Shown here one piece after another: positions 48,462 to 62,600 of a DNA stretch of 64,000 bases. Origin of the DNA: Anthoceros angustus. Taxonomy: Eukaryota; Plantae; Anthocerotophyta. Numbering within the stretch: the stretch's first letter is position 1; each line of letters starts with the position of its first letter. The DNA lies in contig MU008191.1 in the NCBI GenBank assembly GCA_010909165.1, positions 62,001 through 126,000 of the forward strand. The letters run 5' to 3'. A program made the position numbers and the translations under genes. The notes beneath the pieces were generated by a model. That model made no database searches. It worked only from the letters and a program-made list of their open reading frames with translations, and was not told the origin of the DNA.

Positions 48462-51360
48462 GCGGACCTGGAAGGCTCGGAGGAAGGAGGCGAGAGGGCG
48501 GCGTGGCCGGGAGGCGGGAGGACAGCAGCCACACCGAGGCAGTCATCGCCCGGCCGGAAGGGCAAAAGGCTTGCTCCGGACTCCCTCACCTCCTCAAGGC
48601 CCAGGAGGAAAAGGCGGAGAAGGAGCTCGCGGCCAAAGGGCCAAGGAGGAGCTCGGCCTCGGGACCTAAGGGTCTGATTAGGTCCGAGAACCCAGTCGGA
48701 CTTACTCGACAGTATGGAGGTCCTTGGCGGACCGTGAGATCCCGGCTCACTTCGGACTTTGTGGGAGCCTCACGGCGGCCGTGGAAGAAACACGGTCAGC
48801 TACCGTCATGGACGGTATGCTCTCTGTGCGGGATGGCGAGAAGACCCGGAGGTAGAAGCCACCGGGCGCATGGTACTCCTCCGGAGGCGGTTGGAGGGGG
48901 GAGGCGAGAAGGAAGGCGAAGCTCTCGGCGGATTGAGAGGAAGGGAGGCGAGAGAGGAGGTCTGGTCCATCCGCAGGGCCGGACCAAATTCAGTGGAGGC
49001 AGTGAGCGAGACCAAGGAGGCGAGGAGGAGGACCTCTGCAGGCGGAGGCGTGGCGGAGAGCAGGGCCGGGCGCAAGCGAGCAGGCGGGACAGCGGAGGCG
49101 GCCGTGGACGAGCCAAGGAGGCTCGGTGAAGGTGGCCAGGAGGCGGAGGCCACGGCCGATCGCGATCACTATCGGCGTGATCGGGCCGGTGGAGGAGGCG
49201 GCCGAGAGAGCCAGCCAATCGAAGCAGTGGCCGTGAACAAGCACGGACAAGCCGGCTGGAGGCCGGCCGAAATCGGGACCTCGGGGCAGTGCGAGAGTAG
49301 AAGGGAGGCGGCGGAGTTGGAGGGGCAGGACACCTTGGAGTTACAACTCCAAGATGCGTCGGGCGACAAGGAATTCTCAATGGGAGAATCCGGGACTTGA
49401 CGGAGATAGGCGCCTCGGCTGCACGGCGGGAGGTGGCGGAGCAGCGGACCAACCCGGGCGCACAAGGAGGTGGAGGATCTCGGACTCGGCTCTCGGGAGG
49501 TGGAGCGGCGGGGCGAGGAGATGGAGGACCGCAAGGAGACTTTGGGCTGACTCAAACTATCGTGAGAGGAATGGTAGTCTGCGGGACATGGTGGCGGGCA
49601 GCCAAGCGGCTCCGGCTCTGTTGGCGGGGAGTCGATGGCGATGGAGCAGGGGCGGGGCGTCGCCGAGATGGAAAGGGCACAGGTGAAGCCCGCGATGCGG
49701 CGTGTTGCCCGCCGTCTGGGCGGGAGATGGCGGAGTTGACGGAATGGACAAGGCGGAGGCGGACAAGAAGGCTGGTCGGTGAGGAAGTCGGAAGGAGCAG
49801 CTGCGTTATGGCGGGCAAGTGGCGTGGCGGAAGCGGAGAGTTGGAGCAAGTGGAGCGGCGGCTGCGGGAGGTGGCAGGCGGCCACAGCGACCTCGCGGCC
49901 AAAGGGCCAAGGAGGCTCGGCTATCAACTGGCGGGAGGTGGAGCAACAAGCGGGGCAGGCTCGGCTCCGGAGCATCTATGGCGAAGGAGTATCGGTGCTC
50001 GGGCACCGTGGAAGAGCAATCCGGCAAGTGGATTCGGACTTTGCCTATTACCACCGAGCTCCCAGGCGGTAGAGGCCTCTCGGGCCAATAGGCGGCCTGG
50101 AAGGCTCGGAGGGAAGAAGGGCACGGAGGCGGCCACAGGACCCTAGGGGCCTGTTTGGAGAACAGCAGCGAAGGAGGAGCCCAGAGGAGGCGGGACGGAC
50201 CCCAAGGTAAGTTCACCACCACCCGATCCGGGAGGTGAGGGGCCTGCAGGGTGCAGGGGAGCCAGGACCAAGACAAGGGTCGGGGGTAAGGAGGAGGACC
50301 TAGCGATCTGAGGTCCACGGAAGGGGTCCGGAGTTGGAGATCGGACCCGGTATCGGACCACCAGGTCCGAACCCGAGGCAGGCGGACCGGCCGGTCGGAC
50401 TCGGGAAATAAACCGGACCCTTGGGTTCGACTCGGGTCGAGGCCGGACCTCGAGGTCGGACTCGGCTCGGGAGGAGTCCCCGCCGACTTACGCTGAGGGA
50501 CAGCCGGTGGCCAGGAGGACCCAGGAAGGCCGAGGGAGGATGACGTTGTGTAGCGGTCGTCGGCCGCCGTAACGGCGGATTCGGGAAAGGAGGGTCCGCC
50601 TCGCGGATCATCCGATTAGGTGCGCGATTGTCGAGCGGAGATTGGACCACCAATCCCAAGGCGGAACGGGACCTTCCAGCCGTGCGAAGGAGATAGGAGG
50701 AGGAAATAGGATGGTAGGCGGCCGATTAGGGCATCTTGGTGGCCGTCATTTCGAGAATAGGGGTGTAATAAAGGCGCCGACCTAGGCGTAGTATAAGAAA
50801 TTTAACTGAATAAATCATCTTTTCCTTGGTGTTGATGCGTTCTTGCGGACCTTTGTGTCTTCACGCGTGAGTCTGAGTCACGGCGAGCACGGCGACCGGA
50901 GGGATCGATCGAGGTCACAGTGACGGACCTAACGTGTTGTGGTGTGTGTGCAGGAGGTGATGACTGACCGGCCGCAGCGCCCCGACCGAACGGACCGGAA
51001 CGTGAGCCGGACGGAGGAGGCGGGCGCCGGACGGAGAGGCCCGGTGGAGCAGCGGAGGAGGTCGGGTGTGTAACCAGCGTCTTCCTTAAGGCGATAAGTG
51101 TAGTGTGAGAGAGGAGTGGGCGAGAGGTGTGAGGCGAGCAGGCGGAGCAGACGAACAGGTCCTTAAGCGTTTGGCCATACCGGCTGTCACGGTGAGTGCG
51201 GTAGTTAGGCGTGAACTAAGGGTGTGTGCGTTAGGGCGAGTGGACGTAAGTAAGCGCACAAAGCAGCGCAAGCAGTATCATTCCCCAGGAGAACTCCTTC
51301 CTACAACGACACGGGATTGTGCGCGCCCGGCTGGCCGTCAGCGAAAGTCGCGCCACATTT

Positions 51361-51378
51361 TGGCGCCGTTGCCGGGGA
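51361..51378 (+). other. Gypsy primer-binding site (tRNA-Asp type, as in Athila-like elements)
   Basis: TGGCGCCGTTGCCGGGGA three bases after CA and directly upstream of gag. Confidence 0.85.
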
Positions 51379-54300
51379 ATGAAATCGTTCCGTAGCAAGC
51401 GTGGATGCGTGGAGGGCGTGAGGTAGTTAAGGGATTCGGGTCGGACGTTGTGGCCGGCGCTCGAGCACGCGTGAGAGGCACGAGCTCGGCGAGGACACCG
51501 ATAGCGGTAAGCGGTGGGTTGTCGGATCGAGAGGAGGGCCGACACCAAGTCGGTGGCGGTTCCTCACCTTACCGATCGGCGATGGCAACAACGTCGACCA
51601 AGCAAGCGTATTCTCTCTTTGGAGGTAAGAAGGAGAGGACCGAAACCGTGGAGGATTTGTGTCACGGGCAAACTTCAGCGGAGAAGGTTCGGATCTGACT
51701 CATTAATTGTTCAAAGGGTCCTACGAGTCTGGTACTTGTCGGAGGAAATACCGGCCGCCTCGAAACCGCAAACTTGAGCATTGAAGGATGCCTTCTTAGA
51801 AAGATTCATGAATCGATCAAGAAACTACGTCTTGTCAAACTCGAGAACAGGCGAGGAAGGCGGAGAAGTTGGGATCGTACATCGAGCGGTTCTACGCTGC
51901 GGGACGGCACCCCACTCACACTACCATGCGGTGATGCGTTGGTTCGCCTGGCTTATCAAGCCAATGGCTAAGCATGTCTTTGTGTTGGCGAGAGAAAGAT
52001 GTGAGCAAGGCGGTCGGCGGAGAACTATGAAGAATCGATGCACCAAGGAGGACTCCTCCGGGAGGAAGAAGAAAAAGAAGCGGGGTCGGACTCAGATGAA
52101 GAACCCTCGGACGAAGATGATGAGGCGAGGCGGCGGAGGAGGAGAGGAGGACTCGAAGAAGAATCAGGAGGTGGAAGAGGAAGAACCCGAAAAACAAGAA
52201 GAAGAAGCCGTGGTCGGAGGTGGAAAGAAGGAGGTCATGATGCCCGCACCGGTACGAGAGGTCCCACCTGACCCAGCTCCTTTGAAGGAAGTAGCGGGAC
52301 TGAGGGAAGATCTAGAACGGGTAATGAAGAAGGTGGAAGAGTTGACGATCAACCAGGTAAAGGATAAAGAACGGCGTAAGGTGGCCACCACGGTCCGTAC
52401 TCATTTGTGGTGTGCGGTGTGTCACCAACATGGGCATTCGAAGGCCAACTGCCCCTCCAGACCCGTGAATCAGGTGGAGTATGACTACGGGGAAGAGTCC
52501 GAGGAACAGTGGGAGGATGCATACCAAGTACAAGGCGGTACCCGGACGGTCCGCTCGCCACCCCAGCGGGAAGCATGACCTTTGCCCCCTCCAAGGCGCT
52601 GTGCTGCAAATTGAAGGCGCTGGCGGCGGAGTGGGAGGAGGCACCGAGGAGCACAGGCGAGGTGAGTGCGAAACTGAGTTGCCAAGGAGAAGAAGGCGGA
52701 CTGGAGTCTGGAAGTGTCGGCGGAGGTGGAAAGAAGGAGGCGGAAGGAGCAAGGCAGTTTAAGAGGAAGAAAAATGGGGATAGTCCACGGATACGGAGGC
52801 GGAACACACTGAAGCCGAACCCGCCAAGAGGACGAGTTAAACCGGGCAGCCACGGGAAACCTCCAAAGCCAGGAGTCTCGGGAGGCGGACTCACCTCACA
52901 GCCAGTTCCCGGATGTGGTCAGAAGTGGAGATGCTTGAGAAGAACTCCGGCGGGACCCAGTGGTCCGACCACCACGTGGCAGTGTGCTGGAGGTCAAGGC
53001 GGACGTGTGGCAGAGAACCACCCGGCCCTTTCAAGGTGGCCGACTTGATGATGGACCAACAACACTTGGTGTCCCTTAGGCGATTGTTAAAGACAACCCA
53101 GTATCGGCGGGAAGTCAGGAAGGCCATCGAGGAAGCAACCACGCCGGAACTCCTTGGTGGGAAGGGCAGAACGTGGAGGTAAGGTGTATCTCATACGGAC
53201 CACAGGCGCCGATGGTGCGGTGGAAGTGCGGGTGTGTAATTAAAAGCGTGCCTCTAGACACGGGGTCGGGAGTGAACCTCATCAAGGGCCACGCAAGGCA
53301 GTGGGGTTCACCACCTTGAGCCATCCACCAAAACCCTCGGGATGGCGGACATGTCGCCAGCGCCAGTGAGTTGTCCAGTCAAGCCACCATAGCGGGAGCC
53401 CCTATACATTAGATTTTGTCGTCATCGGACCCGGACCTCAGGGTATGAGGTCTGTTAGGCGGCCTTGGCTGAGCCTCGCTCGAGACAAAACTACACTTGG
53501 ACGGAAGGAAATACACTTCAAGCCGGTGGGTGGGATCAGAAGGTGAGGGAAGGGCGGGTAGCGATTACAGGTAAGGACACATCTTGTGGTGAAAGCCGTC
53601 GGCACCACGGAGGTACACCTCCGCAAGGCAGTGGGGACGATGAGCGAGGATACGAATGAGGACTACCCTTTCCCAAAATCACGTGGTCCGAAGAAAAATG
53701 GACTATCGAGGGACACCTTTGGAGGCGGAGGTGATCGGTGCTTCAAGTGGAAGTGCGGAGGGGACAAAGGAACCCCTTTCCGGATGAGGACCCCGAAGTA
53801 ACTCAGTTCACCTCGGATGAACTCTTCGAGAATGGGGAATGCGTGAAGATGAACCGGGTAGAGGATGATGGCTTGGGCGTGAGTAGCGGCGAGGAAGAGG
53901 CAGTCAATCGGCGATGTGGAAGGCGTGGAGGTTCGCCCGGAAATTCCTAAAATTCCAAGGTATGCCATCGAGGGTTAAACAAGACCTCCACAGGTTGGGG
54001 GCGTGAGGTGTTGCTTTCAAGGTCACGGACATGAAGGCATTCCAAAGCGATGGGGCGAACAGGATAGATCTGAAGCCGAGGCGGTGCTGTTCGGATTAGC
54101 GATGAATCCCAAGCACTCGCTCAAGGTCAAGGAAGTCTGGATAAGTATGTCAGCGGACATCATCTTCCCAATCGTGAGCAGTGAGTGGGTGGCGCCCATT
54201 GTGGTCGTCGAAGAAGCGGCGAGGCGGTCGTCTGTCGGGCGGAGAAAGCTGCGCCGCCACGGAAAGGACCATTTCCCATGCCCTTTGTGGGCGACATCTT

Positions 54301-55531
54301 GGACAAGGTGGCGGGAGTACCTACTCCTTCTTGGGCGGCTACTCGGCTACAACCGATTACACCTAAAGTCGGTGGGATAAGACAACATTCACCACGGAGT
54401 GGGGCGTTTGCCTACAAGCAGTGCCTTGGGATACAGAGCACCGGATCATTTATGCGGATGGTGACCAATGTCTTAAGAATTCTGAGGACTTCATGGAGGT
54501 GTTCTTGGGCGACTTACATGTGCACGGAGAGGAGGACAAACACGTGGGACATTTGCGGAAGTGTTTGGAGCGATGTAGGAGACTCAAGCGTACGCATCCG
54601 AGAATGCTACTTGCATGTGAGAGGAATCTTGTTGGGGCAGAGTGTAAGAGGGATAGAGGTGGACCAAGACAAGGTGAAAGTCATCCGATCCCTGCGAACG
54701 AACTTGAAGGAGTTCTGAGTTCACAGGCATGGTGGGTTACTATAGGCGTTTCATACAAGATTTTGCAAAGCGGGCCTCCGGGCTAACGAGCTACTCGGGA
54801 AGGAGGAGGAATGGACTGGGCGCGAGAGGAGGCGGCATTCGAGACCTCCAGACCACTGCAGTGTGCCCAGTACTCAAAGGACCCGGGAGCGATTCCATGT
54901 GTGCGTGGATGTAGCCGCCATCGGGTAGTGCTCGATCAAAAGATGATAAGCGGAGGGATCACCCAATCTACTACGGAAGGCGGCTCACGCCGCAGAGCGG
55001 AGGTACACTACTACGGAGGCGAGAGGCATTGGGAATGGTATCTGCCGTTAAAAATTCACTACCTTACGCCCAATGAGTTGTGTTCTATGTTGATCACTTG
55101 GCGCTCAAGCATTTGGTGAACAAGGCCGACTTGTCGGGATTGCGAGGTGGATTACATTGCTGAGGAGTTCACATTTGAGGTGGAGACTAGGCAAGGCAAC
55201 ACCAAACGACTTCTTGTCCAGTTAAAGGCGGGCACATCTGCGGGATCGGGAGGCGCCTTCCGGATGAGGAATTGGTGGCGGCGATAGAGGAGGAAGAGGA
55301 AAACGGTAGGACAAACCCTAAGGTGGGCAGGACCCAGCGGCGAGCGGAGAAGGGAGGCGGGCCGCGGCCCTCTTATCTGAGTTGGAGCAGTACCTATGGG
55401 AGATGGAGCTACAGTGAGCGGCGGGTCAGTGAGGCCTTTGTGCACTTCGCCCGGTGTATAGGTTGCATCTTTAAGGTGGGGCGGATGGCGTGGAGAAGGT
55501 ACCTCCAGTGAGGAGGTGGTAATAAAGGGAT

Positions 55532-58500
55532 GCACGAAGGACTAGGTGGTGGACATTATGTCTGAGTCACCACCAAGAAAATCTTGGAGGTGAGTCTTGG
55601 TGGCCCACCATGTATGGGAAACACACCGGTTGTGAAGAAGTGTGATGCTTGTCGTGGATCAGGCCAGCAACAATGGCCGTTAGTGCCCATACTAGCACTA
55701 AGCGCCTTTTGAGAAGTGGGGCATCGACCGTTGGACCTATCTGATAGCGACCGGGCACATGTACATCTTGGTGGCGGACTCGCACCGGTGGGTTGGGCGG
55801 TCGCTACTAGAGCGGACTCTGCGAGCACGGTGGCCAAATTCCTCTCTGAAAACATCACAAGGTATGGGTGTCGGGTTGCTAGTAGTGATAGGGGAACCCA
55901 TTTCCTCAATGATGTGATAAGCAATGACGGACTATTTCGGCATCACACATCGTAAAGCCCCTACAATCAGAAATAGCGGTGACGGAGAAGACCAATGGAC
56001 TTATCGCATCCTCAATTGACGGTTAACTATCTCGGCGGGATACAAAGCGCCATCGCTATGGGCGTTGAGCAGCGGAGAAGGTAACCATAGCGAACTCCGT
56101 ATTATCGACCTATGGGCACTCACCCGTTATGCGGTCGAGTTTGAGGTGCCAACACTCCGGGTCATGATGGAAAGGCGCTTAACGGATGAAGAGCCTGGAG
56201 GCGGTTGCTAGGGTTTGTCTGACATCGGAGGGCCGGGAAGAGGCAGCAAGCTGATGCAGAATCAGCAAACATGGCATGATAGGCGCCTTAGGAATCGGGA
56301 GTATGTGAAGGAGGAGATCGGCCCTCCTTTACGACATATATGCACTTCCGGGTAAACTCCACCTCGATGGATGGGACCTTACCAAGTCGCGGTGGCGGTT
56401 CCTCACCCTTACCGATCGCGATGGCAACAACGTCGACCAAGCAAGCGTATTCTCTTTGGAGGTAAGAAGGAGAGGGACGCCAAACCTTCGTGGAGGATTT
56501 CGTCGGGCAAACTTCAGCGGAGAAGGTTGGATGCATTCAAATTGCTCCAAGGTGTCCCACGGGCAGCTGCCTGGTATCGGAGGAAATACCGACCTCTAAC
56601 GCACCGCAACCTTCAAGATTGAAGGATGCCTTCTTAGAAAGATTCATGAATCGATCAAGAAGGCTACGTCTTGTCAAACTCGAGAACAAGCGAGGAAAGA
56701 CGGAGAAGTTGGGATCAGACATCGAATCTGCCTACGCTGGACCGGGACCCCACCACACTACCATGCAAAGTATGCGTTGCACTGGCTTATCCAAGCCAAT
56801 GGCTAAGCATGTGCGGCAGAAAGATGTGAGCAAGGCGGTCGGGCGGAGAACTATGAAGAGGTAACGTCTCCGCAGTGTTCGAGGAGGTGGTAATAAAGGG
56901 ATGCGAAGGACTAGGTGGTGGACATTATGTCTGAGTCACCACCAAGAAAATCTTGGAGGTGAGTCTTGGTGGCCCACCATGTATGGGAAACACACCGGTT
57001 GTGAAGAAGTGTGATGCTTGTCGTGGATCAGGCCAGCAACAATGGCCGTTAGTGCCCATACTAGCACTAAGCGCCTTTTGAGAAGTGGGGCATCGACCGT
57101 TGGACCTATCTGATAGCGACCGGGCACATGTACATCTTGGTGGCGGACTCGCACCGGTGGGTTGGGCGGTCGCTACTAGAGCGGACTCTGCGAGCACGGT
57201 GGCCAAATTCCTCTCTGAAAACATCACAAGGTATGGGTGTCGGGTTGCTAGTAGTGATAGGGGAACCCATTTCCTCAATGATGTGATAAGCAATGACGGA
57301 CTATTTCGGCATCACACATCGTAAAGCCCCTACAATCAGAAATAGCGGTGACGGAGAAGACCAATGGACTTATCGCATCCTCAATTGACGGTTAACTATC
57401 TCGGCGGGATACAAAGCGCCATCGCTATGGGCGTTGAGCAGCGGAGAAGGTAACCATAGCGAACTCCGTATTATCGACCTATGGGCACTCACCCGTTATG
57501 CGGTCGAGTTTGAGGTGCCAACACTCGGGTCATGATGCAAGACGGCAGAGATCCGACACCTCCTTTGAAGGAAGTAGCGACCCAGGGAAGATCTAGAACG
57601 GGTAATGAAGAAGGTGGAGAGTTGACGATCAACCGGTGAAGGATAAAGCGGCGTAAGGTGGCCACCACGGTCCGTACTCATTTGTGGTGTGCTGTGTCAC
57701 CAACATGGGCATTCGAGGCCAAGCGCCTCCGGACCCGTGAACCGGTGGAGTATGACTACGGGGAAGAGTCAGAAAGGTGGGAGGATGCATGCAAGTACAA
57801 GACCGCTCACCAGATGCGCTCGCCACCCCGGCGGGAAGAGCCCATGACACTTCGCCCCCCCCTCAAGGCGGGCGCTGTGCTACAAATTGAGCCTTTGGCG
57901 GGCGGGTGGGAGGAGGCAGGGAGCACAGGCAGGGGTGAAGCAGAGACGCCAAGGAGAAGAAGGCGGACACGAGGTCTTGGAAGTGTCAACCCGAGTCGCC
58001 GAAAGGAGCGGAAGGAGCGGAGGCAGTAAGAGGAAGAAAAATGGGATAGTCCCACGGATACGGAGGACGGAACACCAGGAAGCCGAACCCGCCAAGAGGC
58101 AGTTAAAGCAGCTCGGAGAAGAAACCCCAAAAGCCACCGGAGTCTCCGGAGAAGCGGACTCACCCACGGCAACGCAGCTTCCACCGGATGTGGTCGAGAA
58201 GTGACCGAGATGCTTCAGAAGAAGAACTCCAGACCCAGTGGTCCGACCACCACAGTGGCCAAACCGGAGGAGTCAAGGCGGACGCTGACGAGGGAGAACC
58301 ACCCGGCCCTTTCAAGGTGGCCGACTTGATGATGGACCAACAACACTTGGTGTCCCTTAGGCGATTGTTAAAGACAACCCGGCATATCGGAAGTCCGAAG
58401 GCCATCGTGGAAACGCAACCACGCCGGAACTCCTTGGTCCTAAGGGCAAGAACGTGGAGGTAAGGGTCGATCTCATACGGACCACAGGCGCCAGTGCAGT

Positions 58501-59690
58501 GGAAATTGGGTGTGTAATTAAAAGCGTGCCTCTAGACACGGGGTCGAGTGAACCTCATCACCGAGGCCACCGCAAGACGGCCGGGGTTCACCACCTTGAG
58601 CCATCCACCAAAACCCTCGGGATGGCGGACATGTCGCGCGAGCGCCAGGGAGTTGTCCGAGTCCAAGCCACCATAGCGGGAGCCCCTATACATTAGATTT
58701 TCGTCATCGGACCCGCCGACCTGGGTATGAGGTCCTGCTAGCGGCCTTGGCCGGCCTCGCTCGAGACAAAACTACACTTGGACGGAAGGAAATACACTTC
58801 AAGCCGGTGGTGGGATCCGAAGGTGAGGGAAGGACTAGGTGGTGGACATTATGTCTGAGTCACCACCAAGAAAATCTTGGAGGTGAGTCTTGGTGGCCCA
58901 CCATGTATGGGAAACACACCGGTTGTGAAGAAGTGTGATGCTTGTCGTGGATCAGGCCAGCAACAATGGCCGTTAGTGCCCATACTAGCACTAAGCGCCT
59001 TTTGAGAAGTGGGGCATCGACCGTTGGACCTATCTGATAGCGACCGGGCACATGTACATCTTGGTGGCGGACTCGCACCGGTGGGTTGGGCGGTCGCTAC
59101 TAGAGCGGACTCTGCGAGCACGGTGGCCAAATTCCTCTCTGAAAACATCACAAGGTATGGGTGTCGGGTTGCTAGTAGTGATAGGGGAACCCATTTCCTC
59201 AATGATGTGATAAGCAATGACGGACTATTTCGGCATCACACATCGTAAAGCCCCTACAATCAGAAATAGCGGTGACGGAGAAGACCAATGGACTTATCGC
59301 ATCCTCAATTGACGGTTAACTATCTCGGCGGGATACAAAGCGCCATCGCTATGGGCGTTGAGCAGCGGAGAAGGTAACCATAGCGAACTCCGTATTATCG
59401 ACCTATGGGCACTCACCCGTTATGCGGTCGAGTTTGAGGTGCCAACACTCCGGGTCATGATGGAAAGGCGCTTAACGGATGAAGAGCCTGGAGGCGGTTG
59501 CTAGGGTTTTGTCTGACATCGGAGGGCCGGGAAGAGGCAGCAAGCTGATGCAGAATCAGCAAACATGGCATGATAGGCGCCTTAGGAATCGGGAGTATGT
59601 GAAGGAGGAGATCGGCCCTCCTTTACGACATATATGCACTTCCGGGTAAACTCCACCTCGATGGATGGACCTTACCAAGTCGTGCAGTAT
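55532..59690. repeat. Triplicated integrase block (~55532, ~56900, ~58826) interleaved with re-duplicated gag and protease fragments
   Basis: Identical spurious ORFs (for example MLITSLRKWVPLS, 122 aa) occur three times, sharing the same deletions. Confidence 0.85.
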
Positions 59691-62600
59691 ACCCCAATGG
59701 GTCCGTTAAACCGGGTTGGATGGTGGTACTGCCCTCGGGTGAGCGGATGGCGGGTGAAAAAGTACCACGCTTACGGAGGACGGAACACCAGGAAGCCGAA
59801 CCCGCCAAGAGGAAGTTAAACCGGCAGCCGCCAGAGAAGAAACCCCAAAAGCCACCGGAGTCTCCGGAGAAGCGGACTCACCACGGCAACGCAGCTTCCA
59901 CCGGATGTGGTCGAGAAGTGACCGAGATGCTTCAAGAAGAACTCCAGACCCAGTGGTCCGACCACCACAGTGGAGGCGGAGGAGGAAGAGGCGGACGCTG
60001 ACGAGGGAGAACCACCCGGCCCTTTCAAGGTGGCCGACTTGATGATGGACCAACAACACTTGGTGTCCCTTAGGCGATTGTTAAAGACAACCCGGCATAT
60101 CGGAAGTCCGAAGGCCATCGTGGAAACGCAACCACGCCGGAACTCCTTGGTCCTAAGGGCAAGAACGTGGAGGTAAGGGTCGATCTCATACGGACCACAG
60201 GCGCCAGTGCAGTGGAAATTGGGTGTGTAATTAAAAGCGTGCCTCTAGACACGGGGTCGAGTGAACCTCATCACCGAGGCCACCGCAAGACGGCCGGGGT
60301 TCACCACCTTGAGCCATCCACCAAAACCCTCGGGATGGCGGACATGTCGCGCGAGCGCCAGGGAGTTGTCCGAGTCCAAGCCACCATAGCGGGAGCCCCT
60401 ATACATTAGATTTTCGTCATCGGACCCGCCGACCTGGGTATGAGGTCCTGCTAGCGGCCTTGGCCGGCCTCGCTGACAAAACTACACTTGGACGGAAGGA
60501 AATACACTTCAAGCCGGTGGTGGGATCCGAAGGTGAGGGAAGGACTAGCGACACCGGAGTAAGGACACATCTGTGGAAACCACACTACAGGGTACACCTC
60601 CGTCAAGACAAGTGGGGACGATGAGCGAGGATACGAATGAGGACTACCCTTTCCCAAAATCACGTGGTCCAAGAAGAAATGGACTATCGAGGGACACCTT
60701 GGAGGCGGAGGTGATCACCGCTTCCAAGTGGAGGCGGAGGAGGAAGAGGCGGAGGAGGAGGAGGACCGAGGAAGAACCTGTTCACTCGGACGAACTCTTC
60801 GAGAATGGGGAATGCGTGAAGATGAACCCTGTAGAGGATGATGGCTCGGAGTGAAGCGAAGAGGAAAGAGAGACTTAACCCGACGATGTGGAAGGATGTG
60901 GAGGTTCGCCTGTGGAAATTCCTAAAATTCGGGTATGCCATCGAGTTGAAACAAGACCTCACACGTTGGGGAATTCAATGAGGTGTTGCTTTCAAGGTCA
61001 CGGACATGAAGGCATTCAAACAAGCGAATAACAGAGATCTGCTGAGCGCTGCTCGATTAGGGCAAGATAAATCAATCCCAAGCACTCGCTCAAGGTCAAG
61101 GAAGTCTGGATAAGTATCCGAAGCGACATCATCTTCCCAATCGTGAATAAAGGAGTGGGTGGCGCCCATTGTGGTCGTGTCAAGAAGCGCAGGGCGATTC
61201 GGTCCGTCAGATCGGAGAAAGCTTAACGCCGCCACGAAAAAAGGACCATTTCCCATGCCCTTTGTGGACGACATCGGACAAGGTGGCGGAGAGTACCTAC
61301 TCCTTCTTGGGCGGCTACTCGGCTACAACCGATTACACCTAAGGGAGCCTGACCGGATAAGACAACATTCACCACGGAGTGGGGACGTTTGCCTACAAAC
61401 GGAGTGCCTTCGGATGACAGAGCACCGGATCATTTATGCGGATGGTGACCAATGTCTTCCGGAATTCCGAGGGACTTCATGGAGGTGTTCTTGGATGACT
61501 GTGCACGAGAGGAGGACAAACACGTGGGACATTTGAAGTGTTTGGAGCGATGTAGGAGACTCAACTGGCTCGCATCCCGAGAAATGCTACTGCATGACAG
61601 GGAATCTTGTTGGGGCACCGAGTGTCAAGAGGGATAGAGGTGGACCAAGACAAGGTGAAAGTCATCCACCGCACCACCAACGAACTTGAAGGAGTTACGG
61701 GATTCCCGGGCATGGTTACTATAGGCGTTTCATACAAGATTTTGCAAAGCGGGCCTCCACGAGCTACTCAAGGAAGGAGGAATGGACCCGACGCAGAGGG
61801 AGGCGGCATTCGAGACCTCCGCACCACTGCGGCCCCAAAGACTCAAAGGACCGGACCGGGGAAGCGATTCCATGTGTACGTGGATGTGTCACCGCCACCT
61901 CGGGTAGTGCTCGATCAAAAGATGATAAACGAGGGATCACCCAATCTACTACGCTGGAAGACAGCTCACGCACGCACGGAACGGAGGTACACTACTACGG
62001 AGCGAGAGGCATTAGGAATGGTATACGCCGTTAAGAAATTCAGACACTACCTTCTGCCCAATGAGTTCGTGTTTTATGTTGATCACTTCGCGCTCAAGCA
62101 CTTGGTGAACAAGGCAGACTTGTCCGGACGGATTGCGAGGTGGATTCTGTTGCTGCAGGAGTTCACATTTGAGGTGGAGACTAGGCAAGGGCGGCAACAC
62201 CAAAACGCTGACTTCTTGTCCAAAAAGAGAGCCCCCCAGGATCAAGAGGACGCCTTCGGATGAGGAATTGGTGGCGGCGATAGAGGAGGAAGGAAAGGTA
62301 GGACAAACCCTAAGGTGAGAGCGGACCCACAGCGGAGAAGGGGAGGGGCCGGGCGGCCCTCTTATCGAGTTGGAGCAGTACCTATGGGAGATGGAGCTAC
62401 CAACTGGGGGTCCAGTGAGCCTTTGTGCACTCGCTCGCCCTTTTGGTTGTATAAGTTGCATCTTTAAGGTGGGGCGGATGGCGTGGAGCGAAGGTACCTC
62501 AGCAGTGAGCGGAGGTGGTAATAAAGGGGATGCACGAAGGACTAGGTGGTGGACATTGTCGGTGAGTCACCACCAAGAAAATCTTGGAGGTCTTGGTGGC

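Larger units (their letters stand above)
44885..51357 (+). repeat. Inferred gypsy 5' LTR (TG...CA), ~6.5 kb as assembled, ~4.5-4.8 kb after collapsing internal duplications
   Basis: The start matches the 3' LTR over the ~460 bp visible. The end is inferred only from CA at 51356-51357, a TTT spacer and the PBS. TATA-like and AATAAA motifs lie at 50767-50814. Confidence 0.65.

Noticed and set aside
46381-50318. Long Pro/Ser/Arg-rich minus-strand ORFs in the gypsy LTR
   Set aside because: Antisense shadows of a GC- and purine-rich plus-strand sequence; not conserved as one frame between the duplicate copies.
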